Positions 12,185 to 25,080 are shown, numbered from the stretch's first letter. The stretch is DNA of 64,000 nucleotides from Chara braunii (GCA_003427395.1 BFEA01000008.1:6038544-6102543); one strand, 5' to 3'. Made by a program: numbers and translations. Notes: a model not told the origin generated them from the letters alone.

Positions 12185-15100
12185 CAATTAGTTTCCGGTG
12201 ATAGGCCTTGTCCCAAAGCCTGTTTCAGGCTGGGATTCTCGTCCAGTAGAGAAAACAACTATACATAATCGTCCCAATACGACTCTGTTTGGCTTGTGTA
12301 TAGAACTTGAAGTTGGCCGATTAACCATTCCGCCAGGCCCCTTAGTCTGGTCTCAACATCCTTTTCCCTTTGCGACCCCCAGGCCTCGGGGGTGTTGTCC
12401 GTTATCTCCTCTTCCGGGGGACCAGCCGGTGGTTCCCAATCCATGGGTTGGGGTCCAAAAGTCTGAAGGAAGGGGTCCATTTCAGGGGGGGGTTTCTCCA
12501 CCGGCCAAAGGCCTTTGAGAGGGGTCCGTCTTGGGGGGGGGTTCTTCCGGGGCCTGAGGCTTTTGAGGAGGGTCCAGTGTTGCTCCCCTCCCCTGGGATG
12601 TGTTTCCTAGTCATCTGGTGGGTGTTTGTACTCACTACCCCTTTCCCCTGGGACAATTGTTTCTCTCCCCCTTGTATCGTCACGCCCTTTACCTTTTCCC
12701 CTCCCCCTCCTCCCCCCTTGGCCGTCTGTACACTATTTCCCCACCGGAGGTCTGTAGTTTTTCTCGTCCTTTGCCTTTCCTCCCTCCTCTTATTTGTTCG
12801 TTCTACCCCAGTTCCCCTGCCTGTTGTTCTGCTGTCCGTTTGTCCCCTGCTTCCGTTGCTATGGCCTGGAATCGATTGTTGAATATTCCGGGGATAATTT
12901 GGTTGTTTTGTATTTTACACGGCTTGTTGGAGTGTGTTTTTTTCTTCGGGGTTGGGGATTGCCACAATTCTCCCATGTCCGACGGCGTGATGAAGTCCTG
13001 AGGCCTGGGCTCTGTCTAGGGCTCGGTCCCCACTGTTTTTGACCTGCTCTGCTGTATGTGGGCCAATGCAACCTTCCCTTTTGGGGGGTAAGGGTGTGAG
13101 GGGTTGGCGGTCCTTTCCATGTGCGCCTCCACCGATTTAGGGGGAATCCATTGGTCTGGTGGCTTTGTATTCCAATTTGGTGCTTCGCCTTTCTCTCATT
13201 CCCAGCCTCTCATCCCTCCTCCTTCTCGAGGTTCATCCACATAGATCCATCCTTCGTGCCCTGCATCAACAGTCCTCCACCAAGTATCCTTGAATGGGCC
13301 GCGTACTAGGCGTCCTGTGGATCTGATTCTTTTAGTCGAGTGGTGGGGACAATCAGAATCTGACGAGAGGTGTCCGTATGTATGGCATTTAAGAAACCAG
13401 GGCCTTGTTTTGTGTGCTGTATGTATTATGAAGTCCCTTCCTTCCACTCAAAAGAGGATCATATCATCGATGGTGAAGATGTGACCGTTGGGTATATCCA
13501 AAGTTACCATAAGATAATCGTCCCCTGGAGCCATGTGCGGGGGGAGAGGGTCAATGAAATCAACGATCTCGTATTTTTGGGCGAGTTCCTGCACAAAAGC
13601 CCCTTGAATTTCTATGGGCACGTGACGGAACTCAACCCAGTAATGATCCGTCATTAGTTGCTCCCGCTTCTCTTCTGGCCTTTGTTGTTTTGGGGGGGAC
13701 CAAGGGAAAACCCGAACCTCCGAACGTCCGCAATGTATGCTCCGCCATGAATCCATGATTCCCTTGTCCGAATCAAACATGCAGATCACCGTGAAGACAA
13801 TCGATGAGATAGGTTGTATTAGGAAGAAGTATCGTGCTCCCTCCTCTGATCTCTTGAGGGTTGCGAGACACTTCTTGATCCACCCTACCTTGTCGTTGGC
13901 AGATTTGTAAGCGGCATCATCATAAAAAACCCACGTGCTTGCATGGGGGGTATGTATTACATCCCTTTCCTTGATCATGTTATTTAGGAGGGCTATGACC
14001 CTGTGTTCTTTTCCCCCTTGACTAATTACCTTGTCTTTTGGGTTGGCCAGGAATTTTGCAAGAAAGAAGGCTGATGCCATAGTTAGATTATCCAGTGAAA
14101 TTTCCAAGTCTCCCTTCCCTCCTCCATCTCTTTTGACTGACAGGGTTTGGCCCGAATACATTTTCTTAAGTTTATCAGCCCATGAAGGGGGAGACTTCTA
14201 AGGGGTTGCCTTTTGGACTTCTTCCCCCTTCTGTAGATCCTTCATTTCCTTCATTTCTCTTAGCAACTCTGTTGGAGAGGGGGGTGGTCGAGACTGTGGT
14301 CCTTCTGTGTGATCTGAGAGGGGAGGTTGGGAGGAGGAGGATTCTTCCGCAATTCGTATCTCCAACCTCTCTTTCCCACCCCGGGGCCTCCAATCAGTCG
14401 AGTGGTGACCCACATGATCGTCCTTTTCCTTTCCTTCTTCTGGCTTCATTTTTCAGGCTAGCCATGCTTTTCTGTGTGGCGGTGTGTCAGATCTTCTACA
14501 CGAATTTGTTTGTCTTCACTATCACTAAGTGTACTTGATGGGAGGGAGGCACATGGGCTGGGGGGTAGGTTGGGGAGAAGGAGCCGGGACACGGGTTGGG
14601 GCGAGACTAAGTGATAGACTGACGAGTTGGGTGAAAGAGGGTTCGTGGGGGTTTGGGTCCTTGGGGATGTCCGATCTGGATTCGGGAAGTCGGGATCTGG
14701 GGGGCACAGGGTGTGGCAGGTCGGGAGAGGGGCAGTATAGGTTGGGGGGGGTCAGGGGTCGGGATCGGGGGAGGATATCATAGATGGTGATCGTCTGGGT
14801 GGCGGTATAGGTTGGGGGGAGGGTGGGGGAAGGGAACGGGATCGAGGGGGCGAGATAGGTATTGTGGACGAATCGGTATAGGCGTGGTAATAGAGTCAAG
14901 GAGGGTCCGGGGGATATCACAGGTCAGGAGGAGATTGTGTAGGTCGGGGGAGGGGGGAAGAGGGTGGTTGGGAGGAAGGGTCAGGATGGCTCGATCAGGG
15001 AAGTCGGGATCGGGAGCGGGGCAAATCAAGATCGGAACAGTGTAAGAAAGGGATGCGAATCAAGGGGAGGTGTCGGGATTGGGGTCGGGGGGGAGGGCCG

Positions 15101-15793
15101 ATCGGGATGGGGGAAGGGTTCGCAGGAGCGGAGGAATCACAAAATCGTGCAGGTGCGAGAGGGGATAGGAGGATGCCACGGGAGATGGAAGAGAAGGGAA
15201 GAGAGGTGATGAGAGGGAATGCAAATTTCATCGGGGGAGATACTGAGGATTGGCGCGTACCTCCGGTCAAGATCGGGGTCGGGGGGGGAGGGACGAGGTA
15301 GAATATAGTAGATCGGGATCGGGGAAATACGAAACAGGGTCCACAGGGGGGGGAGATAGCAGATACGTACAGGTGTGAAGGGAGACAAGATGTCGCGAGA
15401 GATGGAAGAGAAGGGAAGGGTACCGACGATTGGCACGTACCTCTGGGCTGTTCTCCTTCCTTCACCGGGGGAATTCCCCGGGGCCCCAAAGGACAGAGGA
15501 CTATTGCCCAAAGTATCTTCTCGTGCTGATTTTCCTAGCCTCCTTAATGATGACTTCGATATATCGCCGGTATACCCACTGATCAGCTGTCCTCGTTTTC
15601 CATTGCTTCCACGTACACCTCTGTTATGTCGTCCAGTTGTCGATGTCGGGTCTTCGATGTCTGCTCGTTTCCCATCGCCAACTTCTCCCTTCACCCACCC
15701 TGTCCTTAAAACTTTTCCCGTTGTAGTGATCGCTCCCCTTATCATCCCCTTTTTCCATACACCTCCGTAGCATTCGTTCTGTTTTTTGTCATC
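12185..15793 (-). pseudogene. LINE A ORF1 (Pro/Ser-Arg-rich N-part, DUF4283-like region, zinc knuckle); continues at 4273-3490 after the hAT insertion
   Basis: ORF 13448-14161 has RVFPW...YWVEFRHVP, as in plant L1 ORF1; ORF 13196-13447 has LKCHTYGHLSSDSDC (degenerate CCHC). Confidence 0.75.
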
Positions 15794-16030
15794 GCGCTAA
15801 AAAACCCAGTATAAGCAGGGGGGGTCATTACCTAAACGTGGTCCAGTCACAGACCCCGCTACAACCCCTGCTCTTCGATGGCGCCTACCACCTGTTGATT
15901 CTGTGCTGCTCACATCTTTGCAGCTATGGAGGTAGGCCGGTGCCCTCTCCTCGTCGCGAACCCGCGCCGACGCGCTACGCGGCACCGAATTAGCGCGTCC
16001 AGCCCACTCAGTTTTCTCATGAGTCTCCCA

Positions 16031-18200
16031 TTTGCACTTGTTTGTTTCTTGGAGATACTTCCATACATCTATGAGTCTCAATGCCGCCATATCATGTCAA
16101 CATTTGGAGTTTGGAAGTGACCATGTGATCCCAATCTTAAGGGGGAAGATGAGGATCTTCTGTCTAGCATTGGATCAAGTGCAATATTGAAGACTCCAAT
16201 GATGACCGTAGGTATGTCCCCCGATAATTCTTGATAAAGGAGATACAGAAATTGTCGCACTAGGGGATCGTTTGGGCCGTACACACAAACTATTCCTAAT
16301 TCGTCATCCCCTACTATGATGGCCTTGATGTACACCCATCTTCCTTCTTGTCGATCGTATACGAGACCGAGGTAAGACGTGAGGATGGGAGAATCCAGAT
16401 GGCAACACCAGTAGATGTGATTGCCCTGGCTGGTGCTGAATAGGAGATATATGCCCACACCCATTTTTCCTTTTCCCTATGTGATGGAGAGTGGGAGAGG
16501 TCACAGGTCTGTTTCTTGCACACATATGACATCCGGCCATTTTCTGGTTTGATCTTCCTTCAACATTCTCCATATGGCATCTTTTTTGGCCGGGTGAGGC
16601 TTGTGCAAGACCATCAAGATTGAATGATCTTATGTCAAGGTCAGCAAGGGGCCAAGGGCTACCGTAACCTTTCTTTCCCACTTCGGGGGTCTCCTCAAAG
16701 GGGGAGATACTTGAGGCTCAGGTGGAGACTGTAGGGGAGGGGGCGGCCGGGGGGGAATATACTGCACACACGCCATTGGGGATAGTGGGTGAAGGGACTA
16801 ATATACTGCAGACACGCCATTCAATTTGGAGATAGTGGGTGAAGGGACTAAGTCTTAAACCACCAGTACTTGGCCCAGCTATCGGCCGTGGAAAAAAAAT
16901 AAGTAGAAACATTTCTAGTTGGATGAATTTGGGCGCTCCTGTAGTGGCAAGTACGTTTCCTAAAATCGTGGCGCGTTAACGGGCACAACTTTAGGAAGTA
17001 CTGGTGGCTTAAGGATGCAAGTACTGATGTATGTGAGCCTACAAGAGTGTCAAGGATAGGATTTGTGGCCTTTCAGGTAGCAATATTTCATGTTCAAAGT
17101 CTCGTCTGAGTCTGAAAGGTCATTCTCTTCCTTATGGTCCTTAGTACTGTCCGTTTCTTCTTCATCATCCGAAAGGAGGTCAATGATATGGGGCAGTGTA
17201 GGGATAGGTTCCTTTTCCGCGGTTACATCTTGAAGTGGTGTTTGTGGCAGAGAGAGGGGAATTTTGTTCAACAAGCCCCGTGTGTGACAGGTAGGGGTGT
17301 ATGGTCTTATCATCACTCCTATCTGTTATGACGGGTTAGAAAAAAAAAAAGAAGTTACGAGTTGCTTGGACAATTTGTCCCTTTTCGAAGCCCCCATGGA
17401 TGACTGGCCCTATCTCTTGCACCCGGACAGCTGGCCAGAACTGATGGTCGGTTGTGCGAAATCCCTATGCACCAGCCTTATTGGATGCCTGGGTCCGAGT
17501 CATAAGATCAGTCCTGTTCTATCCTCCTGTATTTTTACCGAGTTCCTGTAGGAGCGAAGTGACCATCGATATAATATTTGTGGCCACTTTTCTCCAATTG
17601 ATATCCTGTAAAGAGTGATATGCATTTATTGTTTGTTTAATTTGTTCTTTGGTCAGGATTCGCCTGCAAATTCTTTTCCCAGTGTAGCGGCGGGATGAGT
17701 TCGCAGAGTGAAATACCAGGGGCGGTGGAGTTCTGAAGGATCATCCAATCAGTCATTTCTCTAAGATGTGCTCTGACCATTTTGTCCCCAATTAGAGGAA
17801 ACTGAGGTTGAGACTCCGTACTAGGGTCGGGTTCCCTGTTTGTACGTCCCTGAATTGGGGACTCGTGATGTTGGTCAAGAATATCAGTCTCTGAATCTTC
17901 TCCTTGAGGAGGCTGACCCATTTCGTGGTCGAAGTCCGGGTGAATACTAGGATGATCTGATTGTGAGGTAGTCACATTTCCTCCCCCCGGACAAAGTTGT
18001 CCTTCCACTTGCTTGTCTGAAGTCATGTCATGGTTCCAATGAGGATAAGTACCTGTTGGAGAGTGTGTCTGGCCGCTGTCTTGCATCAGGGTTAGGTGTG
18101 TGTGTTGTGGAGGTTGATTGTCCTCTAGTACCTGTTGTTGCCGTTCTTCCCTATGTTCCTTTCACGGAAATCATGGCAACCCTCGCATGCACTGCATTAT
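16031..18200 (-). mobile_element. Second L1-type LINE fragment (LINE B): upstream ORF remnant plus APE, cut by LINE A
   Basis: DLDIRSFNLDGL, DVICVQET, GRWVYI, CVYGPND, IIGVFN..LDP..DR and LIDVW at 16050-16650. Confidence 0.8.
16859..17008. mobile_element. 150-bp MITE with TTAA target duplication (piggyBac/Kolobok-type target)
   Basis: ttaa|accaccagtactt ... aagtactggtggc|ttaa. Confidence 0.75.
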
Positions 18201-18237
18201 GCGGTTGGATATCCCCCACAGTTAGAGAAGCTTTCAG

Positions 18238-18347
18238 CTACGTTCTTCACCGAATACAACGCACGGTCATTATGGCTGTATTTTGACAGAAAGATACCCC
18301 AAATAAAGCTATAATGACCGTACGTTGTATTCGGGTGAAGAAGGTAG
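18238..18347. repeat. ~40-bp-arm inverted repeat (hairpin or MITE relic)
   Basis: ctacgttcttcaccgaatacaacgcacggtcattatggct ... agctataatgaccgtacgttgtattcgggtgaagaaggtag. Confidence 0.8.
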
Positions 18348-18651
18348 TAGTACGGGGAAAAACAGACACCCTTGGAGAACTTAGTTCTTGACTTCGGACG
18401 GCTCCCACCCGCCCCATTTCCCACAGTGCCGGGGCGTTCATAGGCGCGGTCCTGATCTGGGGACTATTCTTTTGGCACCGTTCGTTCATTATTTTAGTAT
18501 TTAATTAATTAAGCTGTGAAATTTGAAATCTGTTTTGTCTAAAGTTTTGCTGTCAGTCTTTGAAATACAATGCAATCTGTCATTCCGTGGGAACATCGCT
18601 GGTGCTCTAATGCTCAGTCTGTCATGGCCTGGACCCATGCGCACCCACGCA

Positions 18652-19862
18652 TGTTACATGCCCAGTTGGGCAATGTATGTATAGCCAAAGATCCGCAATG
18701 TGATAAAAAGGACTGAATGGAAAATGCGATGTTAGTGGAATCTCAACAAGCAATGTACATCCTGATACATACAAAATGGCACCTTGTAGCGCAGTGGAAG
18801 ACTTAGATATAAGCCCTGACCTGACCGGGACTGACCTCTCTCACATAGTACAAGACAGCGCAGCGGAATGCTAGAATACCAATGACTAGCCCAATCAATG
18901 TCGCAATGCAGACCAAACATACGTCATCCTCATCACAAGGTGTGAAGGGGGCCTGGCGCTACACACAGGAAGAATGCGCCAGGTCCAGACCATACACAGA
19001 CGAGGAGGAGGGGATCAGACGAAGAAGAGACGGAAGATCGGAATGTCGTCAACACCAAGTCTTCGGTACAAGTCCCAGATAATCCCTCGTCAAGTGTCTG
19101 AAGCCCAAGGTCGAGTCTGGCTCCAAATGTCCCCAATCCCTCTCTCTCGTAGTCTGCTGATGCAGTGAACTCTCTCTCTCATGTGCCAGGCACTAACCTG
19201 TGAAGATGGCGCTGTGCTGCAGGTACCTCGACGACGAGCTGGAGCTATGGCGCTGCAGGTAAGTCTCCCTGGCCTCGGCCCAATCTCTATCTCTCTCCAG
19301 TGCTACTCTAGCTCCTAATAGCGCCCAGCGCTGAAGACTACTGCGACTACTGCTAACGCTACTACTACCACTGCAGCGCTCCTCCAGAGTGCTGCTGCCG
19401 AATCCTGAAGACTACCACCTGCCTCTTGAACAGTGCCTGGGAAGTCCCTATGAACTACCTGCAGCCTGCAGGGCTGGCCAGTCTTATATGGTGCTGGCCC
19501 GTCCAGGAGGCTGCTTTTGCCAATGCCAAAACGTGCCAGACCCTGGCGTTGAAGTTCAAGCAAAGGTTGCCTTGAAAACATGCCCAAAATGGCCTGTGCT
19601 AAAACCTGCTCTGCCGGGTCGAGGGCGAAGTTTTGGCTTTTGCCAATGCCAAAACGTGCCAGACCAGGGCAGGTCGATCTTATGAGGGCCTGAAAATGGC
19701 CCTCCGTTTCAGGCTGAGAAGACTCAGGGCCTGGAGGGCCCTGTTTTAGGCTGAAACGACACAGGGCCTGTAGGCCCTCGTTTTCAGGCTTTCAGGCTAA
19801 AACGACACAGGGCGCTTTCAGGCTGAAAAAATGGCCCTCATTTGCAAGCGCAGCATGTAACA
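18652..19862 (-). repeat. 3' LTR
   Basis: High identity to 25579-26929; adjoins the PPT (rc aggagggggggg). Confidence 0.95.
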
Positions 19863-19873
19863 CCCCCCCCTCC

Positions 19874-20915
19874 TTATGAAGTCAAGCCGGGTCGAGGGCG
19901 AAGTTGACGATCAGAAGGTGGAACCTGGACGCGGGTGCGGTGTGGAGCCGAAGATACCGGCTTGCCTTGCATCTTGCGTTCGTAGCGTGCGAGAACATCT
20001 GGAGATGTTGCTTGGAGTTCCGCACGGGTCAACCAACGGTCAACTTTGTGGGTGCAGTACGCAAAGTGTACCAAGTATTCGGTCGGTTTGTTGCCGTAGC
20101 GTCGCTGGGAGATAATGTTGTTGTCCTCTTGAAAACCGTCCATAGAGGGTGGGTCTTGCAATCGTCGCCCGGGAAAATCATCATGTTCCGCTGGCGTGTA
20201 AAGAGCCAACTTGGAGCAATGAAAGACCGGGTAGACGGACAAGTGGGTGGGCACCTGAATGATGAAGGAAGGTCCTTTGGGTGCATCCCCAGCGGGTGCC
20301 ACGATCAGCCAGGGCCCCATCCATTTCGGGAGGAGCGTGCGAGAGATATCTTGTTCGAGGCTGAACTCCGCGGCGGAAACCCAAACGAGGTCGCCGGCGC
20401 AGAATGGACAAGGAAGACGCTGGCGATTGGCCTCTTGGTTCATGCGTTGCTGCGTCTTAGCCATCTGGTCGTGTGCCTTGACAATTAGCTCTTGCATCCG
20501 ACGCAAGAAAAAAAGATGGTCGTTGCTCTCGACCGCTCAAGGAATGATTGTGTCCAACGGAGAAGTGACCGGTGAGCCGTGCTCGAACTCGAAGGGCGCC
20601 ATCCGGATAGTTGGGTCGATGGACGAGTTGCATGCTAACTCGACATCTGGCAGCCGCTCAACTCAATCCTTTTGGTCCGGATGGATGAGAGTGCGAAGGA
20701 GAACCTGTGTGGTCTGATGCGCCCTCTCAGTTTGGTCATCGGTTCGGGGGTGGCGGGCCGAACTCGGCTTGAGAGATGAGCTCCATCGTTTGATGAGTGC
20801 CAACCAAAAATCGGACATGAACTGAGTGTCGTGGTCACAAACGATTTCCCTGGGGTAACCCTTGGTTCGAATCTAACAGGCGTAAAGAACCTCGGCCAAC
20901 TCCGGTTCCTTGGCA
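19874..20915 (-). pseudogene. Integrase core, GPW motif and chromodomain
   Basis: REIVCDHD..FMSDFW, HPRTDDQTER, LLPKWMGPW, VYPVFHCSKL, IISQRRYGNKPTEYLVHF...DRW. Confidence 0.9.
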
Positions 20916-20919
20916 TGAT

Positions 20920-23660
20920 CACTCAAGCGGTAAATGCAACCTTTCGACGACACGGCACCGACCTCAAGAATGATCTCGTGAGAGATCGGCCGATCCGGCA
21001 CCACACCGGTAGGTGACTCGAAGATGTCGGTGAACTCGTCAAGCAACCGCACGACACGGGGGTCCGAAGACAAGTTTGTGGGGGAAGAGTCGGCTACCGC
21101 AACGGTCCATAGGAAGCATAAGCCTATCTCGTCGGGCTGCTCGTAAGCGCAAGCCCGGAACGACTTGGCCGTCACCACTTGGCACCGAATCGAAAGGTGC
21201 GGAAGAGGAATAGTGCACGACACTTCGGCGCCGAAGGCGTCCCGAACGGTAAGAGTCCGTTGGTGGAAGTTGACCGTATGATCCGCACTTGCAAGCCAAG
21301 GCATTCCCAAAATGATATCGAAGTCCGTGTCCAAAATGTTGAACGTCACCAGTTCGCATGCATGAGGTGAGAAATACATCGGTAAGGCCTCGATGTAATG
21401 GTCCATAAGTTGTTGCGTCCTTCCGTCCGCCAACTTAATCGCCGTCGGGTTTGCCTTCCTCCAAACTTGTATGCCAAGGCCAGCCCTTTGCATAAAGGCT
21501 TGACTCATGAAATTGCGAGTCGCTCTGCTATCCAACAAAGCGTTGTAGGACGCTTGCCCAACTTGGATGCCGACATAGAGGAGCGGTGCGTTGTTGTCAT
21601 CGTACCGCTGCTTGCAAAACTCGCGGGCCACCTTGGTAACATATGCAAGGATATCCCCCACCGCAGCTTTGTCATTCATCGGCGAAGTTGGTGGTGCATA
21701 GAAGGATAGATACGTGTAGAGATGAGCACATAATGTTGTGCGTTGCGGTCTCGGCAAGCGGTCCGTGATCGGGAGAGGAAGCCATGCAAAATCCTTCGAC
21801 GTGAGTGGTTCCAAGACCTCTATGTTGAACTCGCACGCCGAATCCCGTGAAGAACCACTTGAAGACGATAAGTCGTCGTTGCTGGACGGGGAAGATGTCG
21901 CACACCCGTCGTGTCCTTGAGCATGAGTACCCAGTGTAGGAACGAGCCGGGCAGCATAGTCCTCATAAGACTATAGAACAGGAGGACTATCGACTTCCTC
22001 ATGTGCTTCCAAACGAAGGGCGGCCACCCGTGAAGCGAGCGGTTCCGAAGGTGTCGATAGTGTCGACGTCGATTCACTCCCGGCGGTGCATAGTTTTCCG
22101 ACTTGCCCTTGCCTTTCGACGGGCAACCCACTGTGTCGTGGAGATCACTGTTACACCACAGACAATAGCGGAATCTCATGCGTAGCTTGTACGCACGTTC
22201 GGAGAGACCGTAGTGGGACCATGGGGCTGGAGCTGCTGCGCCGGGCTCGGGGATAGATGTGGTGTTTGTCTTCGTCTTGCCTCGTCCTCGGCCTTTGTCG
22301 GGGTGGCCACCATCCTGGGCGGCTGCGAGTCTGTCCCCTTCATTGGCAGACACGGCCTCGCTAGAAGGGTTGGTTGACGTAGCCGCCTCAACCACGGCCA
22401 CTTTCGACCGATGCTGATCTCTGCTCCGGCCTGTCGCAGACGAACGGTTGAGGTTCTTGGCCTCCTTGTTCGTGACAATGATCTGTGCGGCCTTGTCAAA
22501 AAGCTCCGCCGTTGTCGTCAGGGTGCTCTCGAAGTGAGTCAAGGTGTTGCCCAACGTCAGACACAACGTCGTGATGAAGTAGTGTTTGACGACCTCAAAG
22601 CCCATCTGAATGCCTGGGACGGATGTCAAGCGTTGATACTCGGCAATCCAGTCAACACTCGGCAGCGTGCCTTGTCCGAAGGTTAGCAATTTGTCCATTG
22701 CCTTGATCTTCGGCGGCTCTACTTGGAACTGCTTATGCCACGCCGCCTTTATATCTTGGTGTACAAGTCGGCAGCTACCACCCCGTACTTGGACAAGAGA
22801 TTGTCCAACCATGCTTGGCACGCGCCCCCCGACCGGGAGTATAAGTATGCGTGTTTCTTGTCCTCGCTGACGTGATGTAGCTGCAACTTGAGAGACGGTT
22901 AACGGGGGCCCAAATATTCGTCGTTTTTGTTGGCAATTGCGGTGCGAATTTCATCAAAATTTTTAAAAACAAACGATATGAGACCATAGGCGGACATGAA
23001 ACTTTGGAGTCGTCTCACATGGTGCCGAACTCGGGTTGGCGGCAGCACAAATCCGCTGCTCCAGTTGTTGTGTGGCGGTTTGTTGTAGCTGTGTGTCGTC
23101 CTTCAGGGTTCCGACGTCGATCTCCAATGCATTGAGACGATTGGAGGTGTTAGAGGAGCTGGCATCGGGGGTGGTGACGGGTCGTTGCTCCAACTACTGG
23201 AGGCGGCTATTGACTGATTATGCGTCTGAACCACGTCGTCGAGGCTGTGGATGTCCTCCTGCTGTGCAATGCACGTTGCCAGGAGATCCGTGAAATGGAA
23301 CTTAATGGAAGAGGAATTCAGCGATCTTCTTTCACTCTCTTCCATCTTACGAATCTCGGCCTTGGCTCGCCAGTCCGCTGCCATTGTGAGCAAAGCTCGC
23401 TCTCCGTTGGATATCTTCTCGCGTTATCGACTTCGTTCTTTATCGGCAGCCTTTGCTGCTGCCTCATCTTGCTGGCGCTGCTGTTCGATTGCCAACAGAC
23501 GTGCCTTCTCGGCGTCCTCTGCCTTCTTCTTTTCTGCGGCTGCTACCTCATCCGCCCGTTTCTTGGCTTCGGTAATTAAAGCCAGCATCCGGGCCTGATA
23601 GGCCTCGGCCGTTTCCCCGGACTTCTGATCCATGCCGGCTGTTTGTAAGCGCGTGAGCAT
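20920..23660 (-). pseudogene. gag plus aspartic protease, ending at the first codons of RT
   Basis: Coiled-coil gag N-terminus, CLWCNSDLHDTVGC knuckle, ALLDSRATRNFMS, DIILGMPWL, ending at KGCIYRL. Confidence 0.9.
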
Positions 23661-23675
23661 AGACCAGGCTGGAGG

Positions 23676-23836
23676 ACTGCTGACGTGGCACTCCCTGCTG
23701 CTGACGTGGCGTGGCTGTCGGCTGACGTGTCCTGCTGATATGTCCTGCTGACGTGGCCTGCTAACATGGTCTGCTGACATGGTCTGCTGACGTGGCCTGC
23801 TGACGTGGTCTGCTGACGTGGCCTGCTGACGTGGCA
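23676..23836. repeat. 13-bp tandem repeat (gctgacgtggcct) upstream of gag
   Basis: About 12 units directly visible; the same array occurs at 39660-39925. Confidence 0.9.
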
Positions 23837-24084
23837 ACTCACCAATGCCGCCGCAGGGGGTACCCAGAGACAGATAGAGAAGACCAGAGGGGGCAACAAC
23901 ATAGGTGGGGAGGGGTAGGTTGATCGCCCAGATAAGGACCCACTAATCAAAAAGAAAAGTTTGAACTTTGCAAAAAAAAATCGAGAGAAAAAAAATACTC
24001 GTTTGGAAGTTCAGTAGGCCTCCCAATTCCCCTTGAAGTGCGAAATTACCAATGAGGAAATTTGTTTTCGAACTCTCAGACTGC

Positions 24085-25080
24085 TGCAATCAGACTCGCC
24101 CTTATTCACACTTCACATGCATCCAAACAGGTTGCGCAGCAAACTGGCGTCAAGCGCCCACTCAGACTCAGAGATATAGTAACCAAGAACGCAGCTCAGA
24201 TACAAGTTCACTTCAAATGGCTATGGCGCACGGCGCCCACAACTCTCAGTCCGTCACTGCGCTCAACTCCTGTTCACACACACACAACTCTGGATCACCC
24301 TGGATACCCCACACGCATCACTCAGCATACCCGCACACACACACTCTGCACTACATCTACAGCTATGGCGGCTATGGCCGCTGCTACCCTATTGCTATGG
24401 CTAGCTTCCTTCTCGCCCCCTTCGTCCTCGGGCTCACCGCAGACCACCTCGCACAAGTCGCTATGGCAGCGCTTCCGCATGGCTTACGCAGGAATGCATG
24501 AATGGCTGGGTGCTGCCTCTTGATTTATACTTCCGTAACTCGCTGGTCTGCCCTTTTCCATCGGCCCATGGTGCACACAGTCCCTCATGGTACTTGCTGG
24601 ACTGGACTCGGACTGACTGGACCGGTACTGCTGACTGCATGGGTTTGCACCGCAAACTCACTGCAGTCGCACTGCCAACGTACTGAGGTTGGCTCCACCA
24701 CTTGCCCACTTTCCTCTGCCTAAACGTGAGCCCACTCCGAAAGGCCACTTCCGGGACCTTCCGGAAGTCTGTGGACTTGGCCTTTCGGGTACTGTAGCAG
24801 CTATGACCTTGACCTTTCAGGGCGTAGCAGCTACGACCTTGACCTTTCAGTAGACCTATAGCTGCGACCTCTACAGAGCTGTGACCCCTACTCGACAGAC
24901 CTACAGATCGAATCCCTACATCTGCACAGTCCTACGACAGAAAAACAACAACTAACAAAACACAGGTCACGGGTTCAAACACTCAGGGGTCGACTCGATA
25001 CTGTACACAGGTAAGGTCAGAACTAGGGATCGAGCCCTGGGATCTGCATTCGCTACTTCTAACAGGTGAAACCCGTTTCA
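24085..25080. mobile_element. Solo LTR (~1 kb) of another family, nested in the chromovirus leader
   Basis: TG...CA termini; 4-bp TSD ctgc/ctgc; empty site cagactgcaaatgatt present in the related copy near 40188. Confidence 0.85.

Larger units (their letters stand above)
1..16030 (-). mobile_element. L1/Tx1-clade non-LTR retrotransposon (LINE A), degenerate, 3' end beyond the window start; interrupted by a hAT element at 4282-12176
   Basis: Minus-strand order: GC-rich leader (~16030-15800), ORF1 with RRM/DUF4283-like and CCHC parts, APE, RT. The reading frame rejoins across the hAT insertion (ETNWQQ|VLSRIW). The 5' boundary is approximate, taken where the LINE B APE stops. Confidence 0.85.

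Noticed and set aside
11317-12258. Long ORFs spanning N runs (also 31728-32764 and 45499-46039)
   Set aside because: They are artefacts of assembly gaps and microsatellites.
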